Positions 38,801 through 52,315 of a stretch of DNA of 64,000 bases are shown piece after piece; the first letter of the stretch is position 1; each line of letters starts with the position of its first letter. The stretch spans positions 21,080,001-21,144,000 of the forward strand of contig JBHGNT010000011.1 in the NCBI GenBank assembly GCA_043228905.1, written 5' to 3'. A model generated the notes under the pieces. It was not told where the DNA came from, did no database searches, and was given only the letters and a program-made list of their open reading frames with translations. The translations under genes and the position numbers were made by a program. The DNA is from Azolla caroliniana. Taxonomy: Eukaryota; Plantae; Polypodiophyta.

Positions 38801-39614
38801 AAATCTAGAATCCTCGGGATGACGACGGATCCTATAATTGGAACAATATATAGGTACTCTTTATTTATGCTCAGCATTCTGGCTGGTTGAATCAATACAT
38901 CTAACTACTGATTTATTGGTTGACAGGGGTTGTGTTGTGAAGTCAATTGTCACGTTTGGTTGTTTTATAGAAATAGCTCCAGGACGAGAGGTTTAATGAA
39001 TATTTCCTTTCTTTAGATGATATGATTTTAGTGATATAAGCGAATATCACTTCATTGCTGATTATGTTTTACAATAGTTTGTCTTTGTTGCTGTAAAAAT
39101 GTACAGGGACTTTGCCACATAAGTGAAATTACCACTGAGAGGCTGGAGAAGGTTGAAGATGTAAGTGTAATTCCAGTGCATTGTTTCTGAATTCTCAAAA
39201 GTTCGTGCAACGGGGTATTGATAGAAACTTTCCTTACGCACAGTTATGGAATGTCGGAGATCGGGTTGATGTGAAGCTGATAGAGGTTTTGAATTAATCC
39301 TACCACCTTACTAATTGTTACTCACTTTGAGAAAATGGAATGTAGCAGTAATGCATTCTTACATGGCCTTTCTGCAGGTCAATTCAAAAGGACAATTAAG
39401 ATTGAGTCATCGGGCACTATTGGAGGAACAAAATGAGGAAAAGACTTCTGGGATTACAGAGGCAAATCAACAAGCAAAAGATAAAGAAGCAAAGAAGTAC
39501 GAAGGTCAAAGGGATGGAAAAAAACAAGAGAGAAAAAAGGATGAGAAGAAGGAAGCAAGGAGGCAAAGTACTACAAGATCAGATATCTATATAGTGTCAA
39601 AGGATAGTTCATAA
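20867..39614 (+). CDS. PNP1: Polyribonucleotide nucleotidyltransferase (PNPase), plastid type; 24 exons starting at about 20867, 21417, 22530, 22719, 26217, 26863, 27829, 28554, 28681, 31251, 31628, 32068, 36710, 37405, 37672, 38054, 38173, 38431, 38576, 38759, 38926, 39107, 39244, 39378
   Basis: Ser-rich transit peptide. Motifs [36 protein letters not shown]...[49 protein letters not shown] domain [13 protein letters not shown] and S1 domain [10 protein letters not shown]. The acidic EVDEGDLHV linker is as in plastid PNP1. Confidence 0.95.
23181..23830 (-). mobile_element. RTE-like LINE 3' fragment with (CTTT)n tail, PNP1 intron 4
   Basis: Aligns with 29125-29650. The tail reads gaaagaaagatatattaacgtc on the + strand. 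Confidence 0.8.
24170..24405 (+). mobile_element. RTE-like LINE 3' fragment, opposite orientation
   Basis: Reverse complement of ~23208-23445. Confidence 0.75.
25225..25287 (-). mobile_element. ~60-bp 3' stub of the same RTE-like LINE
   Basis: gaaagaaagatatattagcgtcttttaagaggccaaaatggcctataagaccaaacaagagat. Confidence 0.8.
29122..30630 (-). mobile_element. RTE-like LINE, 5'-truncated and internally deleted, PNP1 intron 9
   Basis: RT motifs [20 protein letters not shown] and LYADDIVL, with a (CTTT)n tail. Confidence 0.88.
33675..35571 (+). mobile_element. RTE-like LINE (RT plus C-terminal Cys/His domain), PNP1 intron 12
   Basis: [36 protein letters not shown] and LRTSSHQL...CQLC...EEH...C. 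Two in-frame stops and a (CTTT)n tail at ~35552-35571. Confidence 0.92.
35685..36240 (-). mobile_element. Ty1/Copia pol fragment (gag-pre-integrase / start of integrase)
   Basis: [10 protein letters not shown]...[11 protein letters not shown]...FFIDDCT. Confidence 0.8.
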
Positions 39615-40754
39615 CTCCAGAAAACTTTGCATCACTTTGTTGAGGATTAGGTAAGAGAATCTCCTCCTAAACACTTTTTCTTTTTCTTGGATCTTGGTTC
39701 ACACAAGCTATGAATCACAGTTTACATGCATCATTTTAAACAATACTGAAAGAAGAATGAAATATGTAGAAAGGTTCTAATTTATTCCATTTTTAACCTC
39801 TAGAATAGCACCAGTCCCTTAAAAAATATGCAGAAATGCATCAATTAGAAAACGTAAAACTAAACTACAACTTTTTTTCATGAATACAATGTTCCTAGAG
39901 AGCTCTCCATACAACATGTTCTGTCTAGCTCAAAACATGCTGATATCCTGCAATCTGAATTGTGAGGATTGTGTGCCAGTGACTATGGCACACCAGTTTT
40001 GCATGTATACACTGCTGAGCAAATATTCTGTGTTATCCTTGAGAAAGTCCAGAAAATACCGTGTTTTTTATTAGGTAACTGGATAAAGGAGTATTTTTTG
40101 GCTCATGGAAGTGATGGAGGGTTCTGGATTTGTTTTTGGAAAGAATCCAGTGGTTGCGATTCATTTGTTTAGGAGCAGATGTGGAATATAAGCAGCGATC
40201 ATTCTTGAAGTGAAACAGAGAACAAGGATGTATATTATCAAAATTCATTTGATTTGATTTCAACATTTTTGGAGGCATTGGGGAACGGTTGGTGTTGACG
40301 TGGTCTTTTTGAAACAAATGAAGCTTGGCAATTTATTCTGTGCCTGCTTTTGAGACTGAAACATGAAAGAAGAGATATTGCAAAAAGGCTTGTGCTGATG
40401 AATTACATTGTTGAACTTGGATTTAGTATGAGGAAGGAAAATAATTCATGTTCCTATTGTAATTTTTTTGTCCTCCATATCCCTGAGATGCTTGTACAAC
40501 TTTCCCTCTATTTGATCAGGTCTACGATCAGTTCTTCTAAGAGAAGAAAACATTCAATCTTGTATTTATTGTCTTTTCATGCAATAATATCGCAAGAGAT
40601 ATTTGCCTACAGTTTTCTTTAGACACGATTGTATATTTGTGATACTGACTTGTATGATTTTTGGACAAAACATTATGCGTGCTGATGGATGTCAACCAAT
40701 CTGAAACATTTTTTAGACTGCTCACTCTTTTGACTTCTATCTGCTCATGTTGAA

Positions 40755-41247
40755 CATTACTGTTTATCTAGCATGAAATACCAAAATGGAGCTCCATCTG
40801 CTTTGATTACGGTACGATTATCTAATCTTCTTGTACAATGTTGATTAAAACTCCATAATGTTGTAATACATCATTCCAAACTCAAATTGGCTTCCATACA
40901 CCCCTCATCTAGGAATCCATGGTATGGCTATCAAATCAGTTATGTGCACAATCATGTGCTGCGGAAGAAGTTTCAACTACGCAATGGAAGGTAGCTCGAG
41001 TGAGCATTACTGTTTATCTAGCATGAATTACCAGAATGGAGCTCCATCTGCTTTGATTAAGGTACTGTTATCTAATCTTCCTGAACAATGTTGATTCAAA
41101 CTCCATAATGTTGTAATACATCATTCCAAATTCAAATTGCCTTCCGATACACACCATCTAGGTCTCCAAGGTATGGCTATCAAATCAGTCATATGCACAT
41201 TCATCTGCCTGAAGAAGTTTTAACCACAGTGGAAGGTTGCTCGAGCC
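40755..41247. repeat. 250-bp tandem duplication in the FRO 3' flank
   Basis: cattactgtttatctagcatgaa starts at both 40755 and 41005, and the similarity continues through the unit. Confidence 0.85.
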
Positions 41248-41275
41248 ATGCAAAATGATGTCAAACTAACATTTT

Positions 41276-41945
41276 TCATAGATCAAAGCTAACACTATGA
41301 TAATGGAAAACATTTGAAGTTGCGTCTCTGCAATAAACTCGTGTATGCTTTTGACATTCCCTTGCAACATCTTTTTGCATGCTTTGTGGGCCAGATACCA
41401 ATACTCCAATGTTCTTACATTGCTGCTCTTTGTTCAAGACATTAAATATGTCTACATAAGGAAAGACATTATTTCCAATACTTTCAATGAAAACCGAATA
41501 TAGGATTGCATGTTCACAACATTTGTTTTTGAGATATATCCTTGTATTCCTTGATTGATGTGTAGTTAAAGTATCTAGAATTGCAAGCATAATATTGAAT
41601 TAAATTACCCTTACCATTCCAATGAGGCCGAGAACACAATTATTGTCGAGTTCCTTTTCATCGGTGGTCAACGTATAGATCAAGGTTCTCCTTGTCAGAG
41701 AAACTACAAAGCTTTAAATAATTTGATTTAGTGCCCAAGGATGTTCCATAGAACCACCAAAGCACAATAATTGCACCACCAAATACATTCTCCTTGTCAA
41801 AGAAACTACAAAGTTTTATATAATTTGATTTAGGGCCTAGGATGTCCCCATAAAACCACCAAAGCACAATAATTGCACCTCCAAATACGCTCCCCTTGTC
41901 AGAGAAACTACAAAGCTTTAAATAATTTGATTTAGTTCCCAAGGA
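41276..41945 (-). pseudogene. FRO 3' fragment (end of penultimate exon, intron, last exon)
   Basis: IGVLVSGPQSMQKDVARECQ...FHYHSVSFDL matches the intact FRO. It has a premature TGA at 41658, an internal 102-bp repeat and no 5' exons. Confidence 0.88.
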
Positions 41946-42529
41946 TGGAATACACCCAACCACAACACATATCCGGCCAATATTGGATAGTCGACCCACT
42001 TTGGGTCCAACTATACAAGCAAACCAATAAGGCCAATGACATCGTTCGACAAGTGCTCGAACGCGATTTTGTATTCATACCCATAGTGCATGAAGGGCAT
42101 TGAGTCCTTTGGGTAAAGATGCAGCATGCTCCTCATCCTAAATGGGCACGACGTGTTTTGGGTCTCTGGACTTGTAATCTTGTTTTTTGTCATCCTCTAT
42201 ATGGCTTGTACATGTTATTGTACCCCTTGGTATTGTAATTGGGTTACTTGTAATAGCCACACTTGTATCTCAGAGATGTAATATTGGTCCATTTGATCGA
42301 ACTACGTGCAATGATTCAGTTTCAACATTTATAAAACGGCCACCTCCATTAGACGATTATATGATGCCGACACAAAAGTAATTAATTGTACTAGAGCTAC
42401 CATAATCACATGAATTGAATCAGACGATTATAATTGCTCTGATTATCATATTATTGCTCTCGTTTACACATTGTTCTTGTTAACACTTTGCTCTCATTTC
42501 GAACTTGTGATCATGGATGATTCATGTGG

Positions 42530-44600
42530 GTTAGCAGATGAAAAACAATTTCTATTTGAGTCAAAATTTAAATTGGAGAATTCTATTAACATTAGGCACA
42601 AGTGTAAGTAAATATGATAAAACTACAATGCCTATAGAAGTGATAGAGGTAGAAGCTAGTACGTTAGATGATATTGTAGCAGAGATTAAAATAAAGTATC
42701 ATACATTCTTGCGGAGAGGAGTTGAAAAGGAAAGCATGTGACTAGATATGATTGTCATCGCGTAGGTGTGCCTCTACGAGTGGTCGGATGCTCTCACTTC
42801 TACAAGGGTTCAAAGCGTTCTGGATGTAGTTTTCATTTGAATGTAAGAGTGAATGAAGAGGATAAACATGGGATCGTGAGCATTTATGTATACGGATGTC
42901 ATTCAGGTAATGTCCCAGGAACAAGACCTGACGTGTACCACTTGTCGGTCCATCCTAATGTAATAGAATGTTTTAAAGTTGACCTTTTTTATGTTCATTG
43001 TGCAAGGCATGTTGCACGGATGAGCATGTGAAAAGAAGCATATCACAAGTCCAAGGTTACTCCATTAGAACTTGTCACTTTTAGATTCTTTAAGTAACAA
43101 AGGAGGTACATAACATGGCCAATACATTAAAAATAGGAAGTGCATTGTGGTCTTTGATTATGCAAGATGCCTATGCACTTCGAGATCTAGGCAAAGTGGC
43201 ACATATCCAACCATACTTGCCTGGACGAAAAGGATCTCTAGCTCAACAACCATTTATCCTGATACTTCAAGATAAATGGATGTAGGAAATGTGTGAGCGA
43301 TTGTCGCAAAACAACTCTTGGGAAATCAAATCCACATTTAAAACTAATAAGTTCAGGCTCCCAATTATATGCAGTCATTGCGCCAAATGCCATGGGAATA
43401 GGTATCCCACTATGGTATATGATTTGTAGTTCTGATAAGGGCTCAAATCATGAGCAAGTGGCATTAGAAACTTGCTTGAAAGACATATTTGCTAGAATGC
43501 CTAGGCTAAGGCCAAATGTGATAGTCATTGATAAATCTTGGACATCATATAATGCCATATCTAATGTAACTGCTCAAGACCATGAATCTTGGATTGTCAC
43601 AAATGGTGAAAGCTCACAAACATGTTCTCATCTTTTATTGTGTCAGTTTCATGCTAAAAAATCATGGGTTGACAGCTTGTTGCCCAAAGTGAGTGTTGTC
43701 GAACGAAACCCCCTCTATCAAAGTATGTGCCAACTCATGCATTGCATTAGCGAATAATCCTTCAAAGCTAAGTGTGAGGAGGTAAGGTAAGAATACTCAG
43801 AAAAACCTAGAGTTTGGCAATATATTGAAGGTGGATGGTGTGGACAAACTTGTGTTTAGAGGAGTCTATGGCCCAAGTTTGGTAGACTATTCAATTATGG
43901 ACAAGTTGACACTACCAATCTTGTGGAGAGACATTGGCAATTTCTCAAGTACACTGCCTTGAGAGGAAGAATAAACCGGTCTATTACTGATCTTGTGCAT
44001 GTCTTAATTGGGGATAGTGTCTCTAGCACTTGCATCGGCGGGACCGTGGTAGAATGGTACATGCAACGACAAGAGATATGTGAGATTGGTACATTCCAAC
44101 CCCGTGCAAATTGCAAGATGAGAGGATACTAGAAAAATATGTGAATGATAACAACTCAATGCATATTGTGGACGAGGCCCGATATTGGTTTCTAATATTG
44201 AGCATGACCACTCCCACATGTATGGTATAATGTCTCACTCCAATGTTCATTTTGTGATTGCCAAGTCTTTGCAAGTTTATGGGTGCATTGGCAACAACCA
44301 ATATAGCATCAGGAGGTTTAATAAGTCGGAAGCAACAAATTGGTGCGAAAAGAGGAGCCATGCCCAACATTTCCCAAGAACTTATTGGCATCTCCCCAAA
44401 CACGACCAAAACACACATCGACAGACTATAGGCAAGTGCTTGTCGTGCTAAGAGGCGGCTACCAATATGTGACACTAAGAAGGTTCGATGTTTGCATTGT
44501 GATAGGTTGACATTGACTTCAAGACACTCCAATGCAAATTGCTGCAAAAATTGTGGGTGTATTTTGCCATCCTTTGAACAAGAGCCTTAATCTCATAATT
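42530..44600 (+). mobile_element. Decayed Mutator-like (MULE) transposase
   Basis: FAR1/WRKY-like YDCHR...KRSGCSFHL...H, MULE core GIPLWYMI...VIDKS...LLCQFHAKKSW, TTNLVERHWQFLK and SWIM-like CDC. Many stops, and no terminal inverted repeat pair was found. Confidence 0.8.
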
Positions 44601-46864
44601 TCTTATTACATGATATCATGTCATTTTTATATGTAAAATTGTGCAATTATGTAATTTTGAAAAAGTTTTTGATATTTTTGAGTAATCTTAGCATGTTCTC
44701 TTCAGAAATTTCAGTCAGGTACTCGGGTTAGGTTTAGGTGTTACATAATAGCTTGTTAGAGCCGGGTTAGACATGACAGATTCAATTGTCAAATCCGAGT
44801 TAGATGTGACAGAGGCTCGTTAGACCCGGGTCGGGTTTTAGGCACACGCTTTTTGTGGATAGAGATTGAACAGTGCAGATCACCCATGCCATTCAAAACG
44901 TGTCATGCACCGTCTGTGTCCACGATTTCCTCAACTAGCCTAATTATTATTTGGTTGCAAATAGAAACGAGCAATGGGATGGGATTCATGGATGATATCA
45001 AATGGTACACTATGAACGTTATGAAGGGGCCTCATCCATTGTCAAGCAAATCCAAGGTTGTACCACCTAAATTCATATCTTACAGAGCATGCTACATAAT
45101 ATCACAACTAGTTTTTTTTCTAAATCAATAAACACTATTTCGTAATCCCAAATCGAGAAAAGTAGTAGGCATGGTATTGGTAACAATATATGGTATGGTA
45201 TGGCGAGATCAATGGCTCTCCTTCCATTACATTGCTAACACGTTTCCATATATACATGATAATATATCTATATATATAGTATATACACACACAAAACTTA
45301 TTTCTTTTCTTATTTCTGGTCTTAAAAGATCCTTTTTGTCTAAATTTTGCTTTTAGTTTTCTATTTCCTCTCAAATTGTCATCATGGTCAGATGCGTATG
45401 GGTGAACTACTGATTCAAGACGGATTTGAGCGTCTCATGTTTATCCTGAACCTTAGTTCATCTAGTATTGTAAATGCATTTTCATTCCCGAAATAGAGTT
45501 GTCAAACATTAAGACAACCATAAAGCAACGTCACACATTGGCACACCCTATATCAACTACAAATGTCAATGTCACAAAAGGGGGTAGAAAATATGTAGGA
45601 TATATTCTCCTTTGTAAACATTCCAAAGAGATGTGTAATAAAATGACATTAAGCAAAATGTGAATCCACCCCCATGCAAGAGTGGGAGTGGGAAATTTTG
45701 TCAATTTCATAATGCTAAGAAACAAGGACACATTTATCCCAAACACACAAGGGAGAAGACAATAGTAACCATATGCATGCAAGTATAAATCCACCGATTA
45801 GCCCTTGCTCATAGGCACTCATATGTAGTCACTTCACTTGGTAACACGTTCACCTCACTAACACCCTTAACCCTTGTGTAGCAATCACCATATGACAAAC
45901 CACAAGTCACTATTGCAAGAGCAAAGAGAGGAATGCATATTATATGGATCTCTTTGATTCATCATGCTCCTCTAAGATAAATAATGAATTGTATGTACAA
46001 TATTACAATGCTAGCTCCAACCATCAACATAATGACAATTAAATGAGTTTCCATAACCAAGATATGTGACTGCAATTTACACACATTTTCCTTCATGGAG
46101 AGAATTAAATGCGTAAATGGCAATAGCCATGATCAGTGAGAACATATTACCTAAAAATACAATACAACGGTCAATAATCTTAATAGATATCTACACAACT
46201 GTAACCTTCACAATCTACCCCATGTATGTAGATGTCACTAGTAGAACAGGCACATATCCCAACTATTATGCTCATTTTCATGTGCTGATGTTCACCCCAA
46301 TTGACTCTACATGAACCATAATAGCACAATGATTACATGAGCATACATTGATTAACAATGAAAGCCAACTTTCCCACCAACCTCAACAGAAAAAAATACA
46401 AATGAGGAAAACTTTGACATAAGAATATACATATTCCAAAAATGATGCATAACGCAAAACCATAAAATAATGGCTAAAGTTGGCTTGATAAAAAAAGCAG
46501 ACTTGAAGATGCAGCCATATAGCAAAGGAAAATAAAAGAAACAGATAGTTCCAGACCTACACTAGCACCAATTTATCACATGCGCTGCATCCATCTGGTC
46601 ATTCTCTCTCTAAATTTGTATCAGCTGGTTTCACATGAATTTTTATATTAATGTTTCTCCTCAGCATGTATAGGTAGTACACATGAGAGATAACACATGA
46701 GGTTACACGAGGTTTCATGTATTTCGCCCACACTTTTATGAAGCAAAATTCGAGAAACAATTTGCTACAAAATTATATGGGTGGATTTATGCTTGCATGC
46801 ATATGGTTACTATTGTTCTTGTCAAAAAGTTCAAAATCAAGAAGGGAAACTGGAAACTCTTAAA

Positions 46865-48520
46865 TCAATCTGGCGTCATGCCTCCTTGATTTAGCTCCGT
46901 AAATCTCAAGCTAACTCGCATGGAGTGCTTCAAGAATTTCTCAGCACAATGCCGCACACAAGATTCCTCTTGCTTATCTAATGTCTTCCTTCGGAAATTA
47001 TCAATGCAATGACCAAAGCATCTTTCCACCAATGAATTGTACATCCTCAGGCTGCAAACAGGAAAGATTGTTTGTTTTATAAAAAGGAATATATGGCCTA
47101 TCATTAATAAGGTGCACTAATCAATGATATCTTATACATTCAGGAGAACAAATACGCTGGGAAATACAGACTTGCGATTATACACACACACATATAAAAA
47201 TGATTAAGATATTCTAGTTGAATTAAGAACGATTTTAGCACCAAAAATTCCAGGCATTGATTGGAACAACACCATATGCTATCATGATTTCCCAGTCATT
47301 TTGACTTGAGCATTCCTTTAAGCAGCATCCCTAATTTTAGCAAATGTTTACTATCCTTGAAACCATAACCAATGCCTATGCGCTGTATGTATGCCAAATG
47401 TCATCATAAAGTCAAGTTAAGAATTCAATCCTCAAATGAAAACAATCAAATTGACACCATCATAAGGCTAAGCTAAATATCAAATCCCGAAAGTAAAGGA
47501 ATCCAATTCAAGTGGCAAAAACAAATGCAAACTCAAAGTGAAAAGGCCTTCATATATTATGGTTACTAGCATCGTAAGCCCAAAGTTAAGAATTCGGTCT
47601 CTGCAAAACTAGGGTGTTTCCAGACTTTTTCACATAATGCAATCCTATAGTGGAAAATATAAACCAATCAAACCAGCAAACAAAAGTATGTCAACTGTGA
47701 TTTAACCCAAAGTTGATGAAGATGTGATAACAAGCATACGCTCTTCATCGGTAGATAGTGAAGAATTTTTTTGACTTTCCTGACATTGTCTCCACGATGA
47801 TGCATGAAATGCTACTTAGTACATATTTTCCTAGATAATAGGAGTTGTTCAACTTAAGAAAGAAAGAAAAAGCTTCAATACTAGAAATTTGAAGTTACCA
47901 TGGATTTGTATTAAGTGAAATACCCTTTTTATTGGGTATATAATAGAATACCCATCATTTTCGGAATTTACGAGAATTCCCCACCATAGCATCTGACTTG
48001 ATAACAAGTGTGTGCTCTTATTGTCTTTATATTGGAGAAGATATCTGACTTTCGTACACTTTCTCAACCATGATGAAAGAAATGCAACTTACTGAGTACA
48101 GTTTTTTCTGGATAATAGAAACTAGTACAGACTAAACTTAGGTGAGAAGAGGAAAAAAATTCTTCAGTGCCAGAAATTTGAAGCCAATATAGATTTGTAA
48201 CAAAAAAATACCCCATTTCTTGGTTACATAACAGAGTACCCCTCAATTTCCAGAATTTAAAAGAATGCCTCTCCAAAGCACATGCGTATTCTGGATATGA
48301 AAGAGGGTTACTATGTTAAACATCCAAACATTATAGATACAGAATTTTGAACCGAAAGAGAAAGCTAGCATAGATTCTGAATCAAACAGGAAGACAAGGA
48401 TGAGAGAGAAAGAGGGAGGGAACACGAAGAATACCTGTCTCGGACTTGCATCTGATCGATCATAGAAGCCATTCGCACACCATCTTCTTCTGTCAAGTTG
48501 CCGAGCTCTGGAGCCTCCAT
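46865..48520 (-). CDS. TIM9: Mitochondrial intermembrane-space chaperone Tim9, 90 aa; exons 48520-48435 and 47051-46865
   Basis: MASMIDQMQVRDSLRMYNSLVERCFGHCIDNF...EESCVRHCAEKFLKHSMRV is a twin CX3C. The GT-AG intron is in frame. Confidence 0.93.
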
Positions 48521-50869
48521 AGCTTCAGTCTGAGTCTGTGTATGAAAGGGTGGATGGGTGTGTGTATGTATGAATGCTCTATGACCTACGGTCAAAACGC
48601 CTCCCTCAAGTTGTGACTAATGAAGGAAATACGTCTATACATATATAAACACAGAATCACGATATTATGAAACAATGTATCCTCTCTCAAATAGATATAG
48701 AGGATGAGTACCACTTTACCTTCAAGTATCCAAATTACGCCGAGATAAGGGCAAAATACCAAGACATACTACTATGCCCCTCTCCAAACTATTAGATACC
48801 CGAGATATAAAGTAACTAGGTAGATATATATCTTAGACCTAAAACAACATAGAGAGAATAAGCTACGAAATGTTAACCATAACTATTCTAATATTCATCA
48901 ACATGTAATCGATGAAACTTTTTAGGAACATGAGGGAGACGATGAATGTGGACACACCTACACCACTCGGCCTCACCCTTGCTGAAGCAGAAAAACCAAA
49001 CGCCCTCGAATATCGGGCTTCAAAGCAACTCGTTGTGGTGTAGAAGTAATTAAGAAGATAAGGGAATGTGAGCTACACCGTCTAGAAGCTATGGTTGGAG
49101 TAACTTTTACATTGGGACCACAGGCCACACCCACATTGAAACCCTTTGACCTCCCGCTTCTTTTCAAGAGACTTGGATGGAAATGAAACTAGGCCTAATA
49201 CAAAGTCATTTCCTTTATAGAATATGTTACACCATAACACATTTTGTACAATACGATAACTCTTTTAGCTTAAGTTCTATTTTATTTTATTATTTACTTT
49301 CGATGAATGGGTAAATACCCCTTTTTGTTGTAAACTAAATGTCTCAAGGCCCAATATTGGTCTTAGAAGACATTAATCTCTCTCTCTCTCTCTCTCTTTA
49401 TCGTTTTACCCTAGTGACAAGTTTTTATACTACAAGCAGTATGTCTTGCGTTCGAAACCCAATTTTCTCACCTCTCTATAACTACAAAATTCTTAGTTCA
49501 CTAGATGCTACCTCTCTCTCTCTCTCTCTTCCAAAACGGTTTCCATGTGCTTCCTCTCCTTGCTCCTCCATGCTCTGAAGGGAAATGATAGAACATCAAT
49601 TACGTACAATGTACTTTTACCGTTTGTGAAAGACTATGTATGATGTATCAAACAGGCCCAGCCTTTGGGGAAGGATTGAAACTTGGGCTCTCTCTAATCA
49701 ATGGATTTCTATCACGGTATTGTAGCATGTACCACTAGACCAAACTATCAAAGAGAGACAAAGAGACCACAAGAATGTAGCTCATGGAGGCCAATATTCC
49801 TATCGCCAATGCCATCTAGTAAAATAGTGCATTAATTAGATTTGAAGTCAACCAGAAACAAAACATGAATGATGGAACGAGTTTTATGATTATGAATGTA
49901 GGATAAGACCAATTGCTTGGGTAGAATCCATGGTGCTTTCATATTTTGCCAAACTCCTTACAGAATGTGCTCTATCCACCGAGGCTCTCTCTTGTCAAAT
50001 TTAATCAAGGATTGTGTACTTCGTCAAATCCATTGCGCACATTGCAGGTTTAATTAGATTCATAAATCGCATAGTTTGATCCTCTTGATCTGGAAGTTGG
50101 AATATAATCATTCATGTTAAGATCGAATTGTGAGGATCATGTGCCAGTGAATATGGCTAACCAGGTTCGCATGCATACACTGCTGAGCAAAGATTTGTGT
50201 ATTTCTTGTGCAACTCCAGAAAATACTATGTTTTTTAATTAGGTAAAAGGATAAAGGAGTATTTAGTGGCTCATGGAGTGATGAAGGGTTCTGCATTTGT
50301 TCTTGGAAAGAATCCATCGGTTGCGATTCATTTGTTTAGGAGTGGACGTGGAATATCAGCAGCCATCATTTTTGAAGTGAAACAGAGAACAAGGATACAT
50401 GTATATCATCAAAATTCATTTGATTTGATTCCAACATTTTTGGAGGCCTTTGGGGAATGGTTGGTGTTGATGTGGTCTTTTTGATACAAGTGACGCTTGG
50501 CAATTTGTTCTGTGCCTGCTTTTGAGACTATGACATGAAAGAAGAGATGCTGCAAAAAGGCTTGTGCTGATTAATTAGGTTGTTAAACTAACATTCGGAT
50601 TTAGTATGAGGAAGGAAAAGAATTCATGTTCCGATTGTTTAATTTTTTTGTCCTCCAGTGTGCATATCCCAGATATGCTTGTACAACTTTCCCTCTATTT
50701 GACCAGGTCTACTATCAGTCCTTGCAAGTGAAGAAAACATTCAATCTTGTATTGTTGTCTTTTCATGCAATAATATCATGAGATATTTGCCTACAATTTT
50801 CTTTAGACGAAGTTGATTACAATACTGCTATCTAATCTTCTTGCACAATGAAAAAGAAGCAACATGGTT

Positions 50870-51440
50870 TGTTTGTCGGATCTCTCAGGTACACGATGGT
50901 CGCAACCCAATACAACATAGCCAATGAAGTTGCCATTGTTAGTAGGGTTATGTAGAACTTGGACAATGGACCACACACAAACAGGAGCACTGCCAAACAC
51001 ATTTGCTAGCATCTCCTTGGCAAAAACAAGCTTGCTCTTACATTTGGACATTTGGACTTGGCCAAGTCATCAGAGTCTTATCTCACAAGCTCCACCAATT
51101 CTAACTACGTTGGGTGTGTCGATAGTCAGAAATGAACGTTCAACTATATTTTTCAATAATGAGGAGGAGCGATTTCTTGGACACCCAAACGCCAAGAATG
51201 CATTGTGATGTCTTCAACCGAAGCTTAATACATCGTTGCGTCTATATTGTGCAAAGAAGCAACCTAGTGTGGACGACTTGCTCTAGCACTTGGACAAGCA
51301 AACTTGGATTTGGACGAGAATCAAACATTGGCAATACCAATCAATCTCCATTTAGCATGGGATAACCTAGCTTAGACACTCTAGTATCTACCCGACGGGG
51401 AGCCCAACATAGTTTGACAATCACCCTACATCACATTGAA
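50870..51440 (+). mobile_element. Decayed Copia RT/RNase H fragment
   Basis: The broken translation VGSLRYTMVATQYNIANEVAIVSRVM resembles Copia VGSLMYAMVATRPDIA.AV.VVSRFM. Confidence 0.6.
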
Positions 51441-51448
51441 GGCATCAA

Positions 51449-51865
51449 TAACAATCGACAACGGTTCGGTTTGAACCGAACCGAACCGCAAACCCGCGGC
51501 CTAACGGTTCGGTTAGGTTTTAACAGCCAGAAACCGTGGTTTAAACAGTTTAACGGTTTTTTATTATTTATTTTTTTTAAAAATTAAAAAATTATTTTTA
51601 AACAATCTTTTCATTTTTAGACCTTATTCTCACATCTAAGGAACATCTTAAAAAATTTTAAAAAATGAAATATTATAAATTTTTAAAAATTAAAATTTTG
51701 ACCAATGTTGAAAACCGAAACCAAACCACAAAACCACGGTTTAATGGTTTAACGGTTTTGTGGTTCAGTTTGGTTCGGTTCGGTTAAGGTTTCAAAAAAA
51801 TTAAACGGTTTGGACCCTCTCAAACTGAACCGCAGCGAACCAAACCGAACCGTTGCCAATTGTTA
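51449..51865. mobile_element. hAT-like MITE/foldback element upstream of the sHSP
   Basis: TIRs TAACAATCGACAACGGTTCGGTTT / AAACCGAACCGTTGCCAATTGTTA, many AACCG motifs, and 8-bp flanks GGCATCAA / GGTGTCAA. Confidence 0.8.
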
Positions 51866-51982
51866 GGTGTCAACATTTTTTGATGGGAGGGAGGATGTGG
51901 AAATAAGTAAGACGACCCTGATCCATAGCCCAACACCCAAAGTCATATATATAACGTGTGAAAAGAGAGCCGAAGTGTTTCT

Positions 51983-52020
<38 letters not shown>

Positions 52021-52042
52021 GAAGGCTCAGTCAGAAGACATA

Positions 52043-52145
52043 TTTCCAGAATGTTCTACATGCTTCCACAGTTTTCTAGAAACATCCGGAGCCTTCCTCC
52101 TCTGCCACCTCCTCCTCGCGCACAGAAACACACGCATATAAATTA
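52043..52145 (+). promoter_or_regulatory. Heat-shock elements and TATA box
   Basis: Perfect TTCcaGAAtgTTC at 52044-52056, TTCtaGAA at ~52074-52082 and ATATAAA at ~52136. Confidence 0.85.
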
Positions 52146-52315
52146 AAACAATCTGCGCAGTTTCAAGCCATCTAGATAGAATTCTCAGAAGTCTGTCTGC
52201 AGTACACATTCCTCTCTCATTTAACTGTCTGCGCATTCCCACACTCACAAACTTGTTGTATCTGTTTCGCATAGATCTTTCTTGATTCTTGATTCCATCA
52301 ATTTCCAAGTGCCAA

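Larger units (their letters stand above)
39955..41945. repeat. Segmental duplicate of 50124-50850 plus 55140-55860
   Basis: 39955-40625 aligns with 50124-50807, and 41077-41790 aligns with 55140-55860 (roughly 85-90% by eye). Confidence 0.88.

Noticed and set aside
20867-39614. Bacterial-like PNPase as a recent horizontal transfer
   Set aside because: It has 23 introns, a transit peptide and the plant plastid-type acidic linker, so it is an ordinary nuclear PNP1.
41946-44850. Complete MULE with TIRs that carried TIM9
   Set aside because: I found no matching terminal inverted repeats or 9-11 bp TSD around the MULE or the 8.2-kb segment.
50266-50484. Small ORF in the duplicated block
   Set aside because: The paralogous copy near 40100-40300 has a stop and a different start, and there is no motif.
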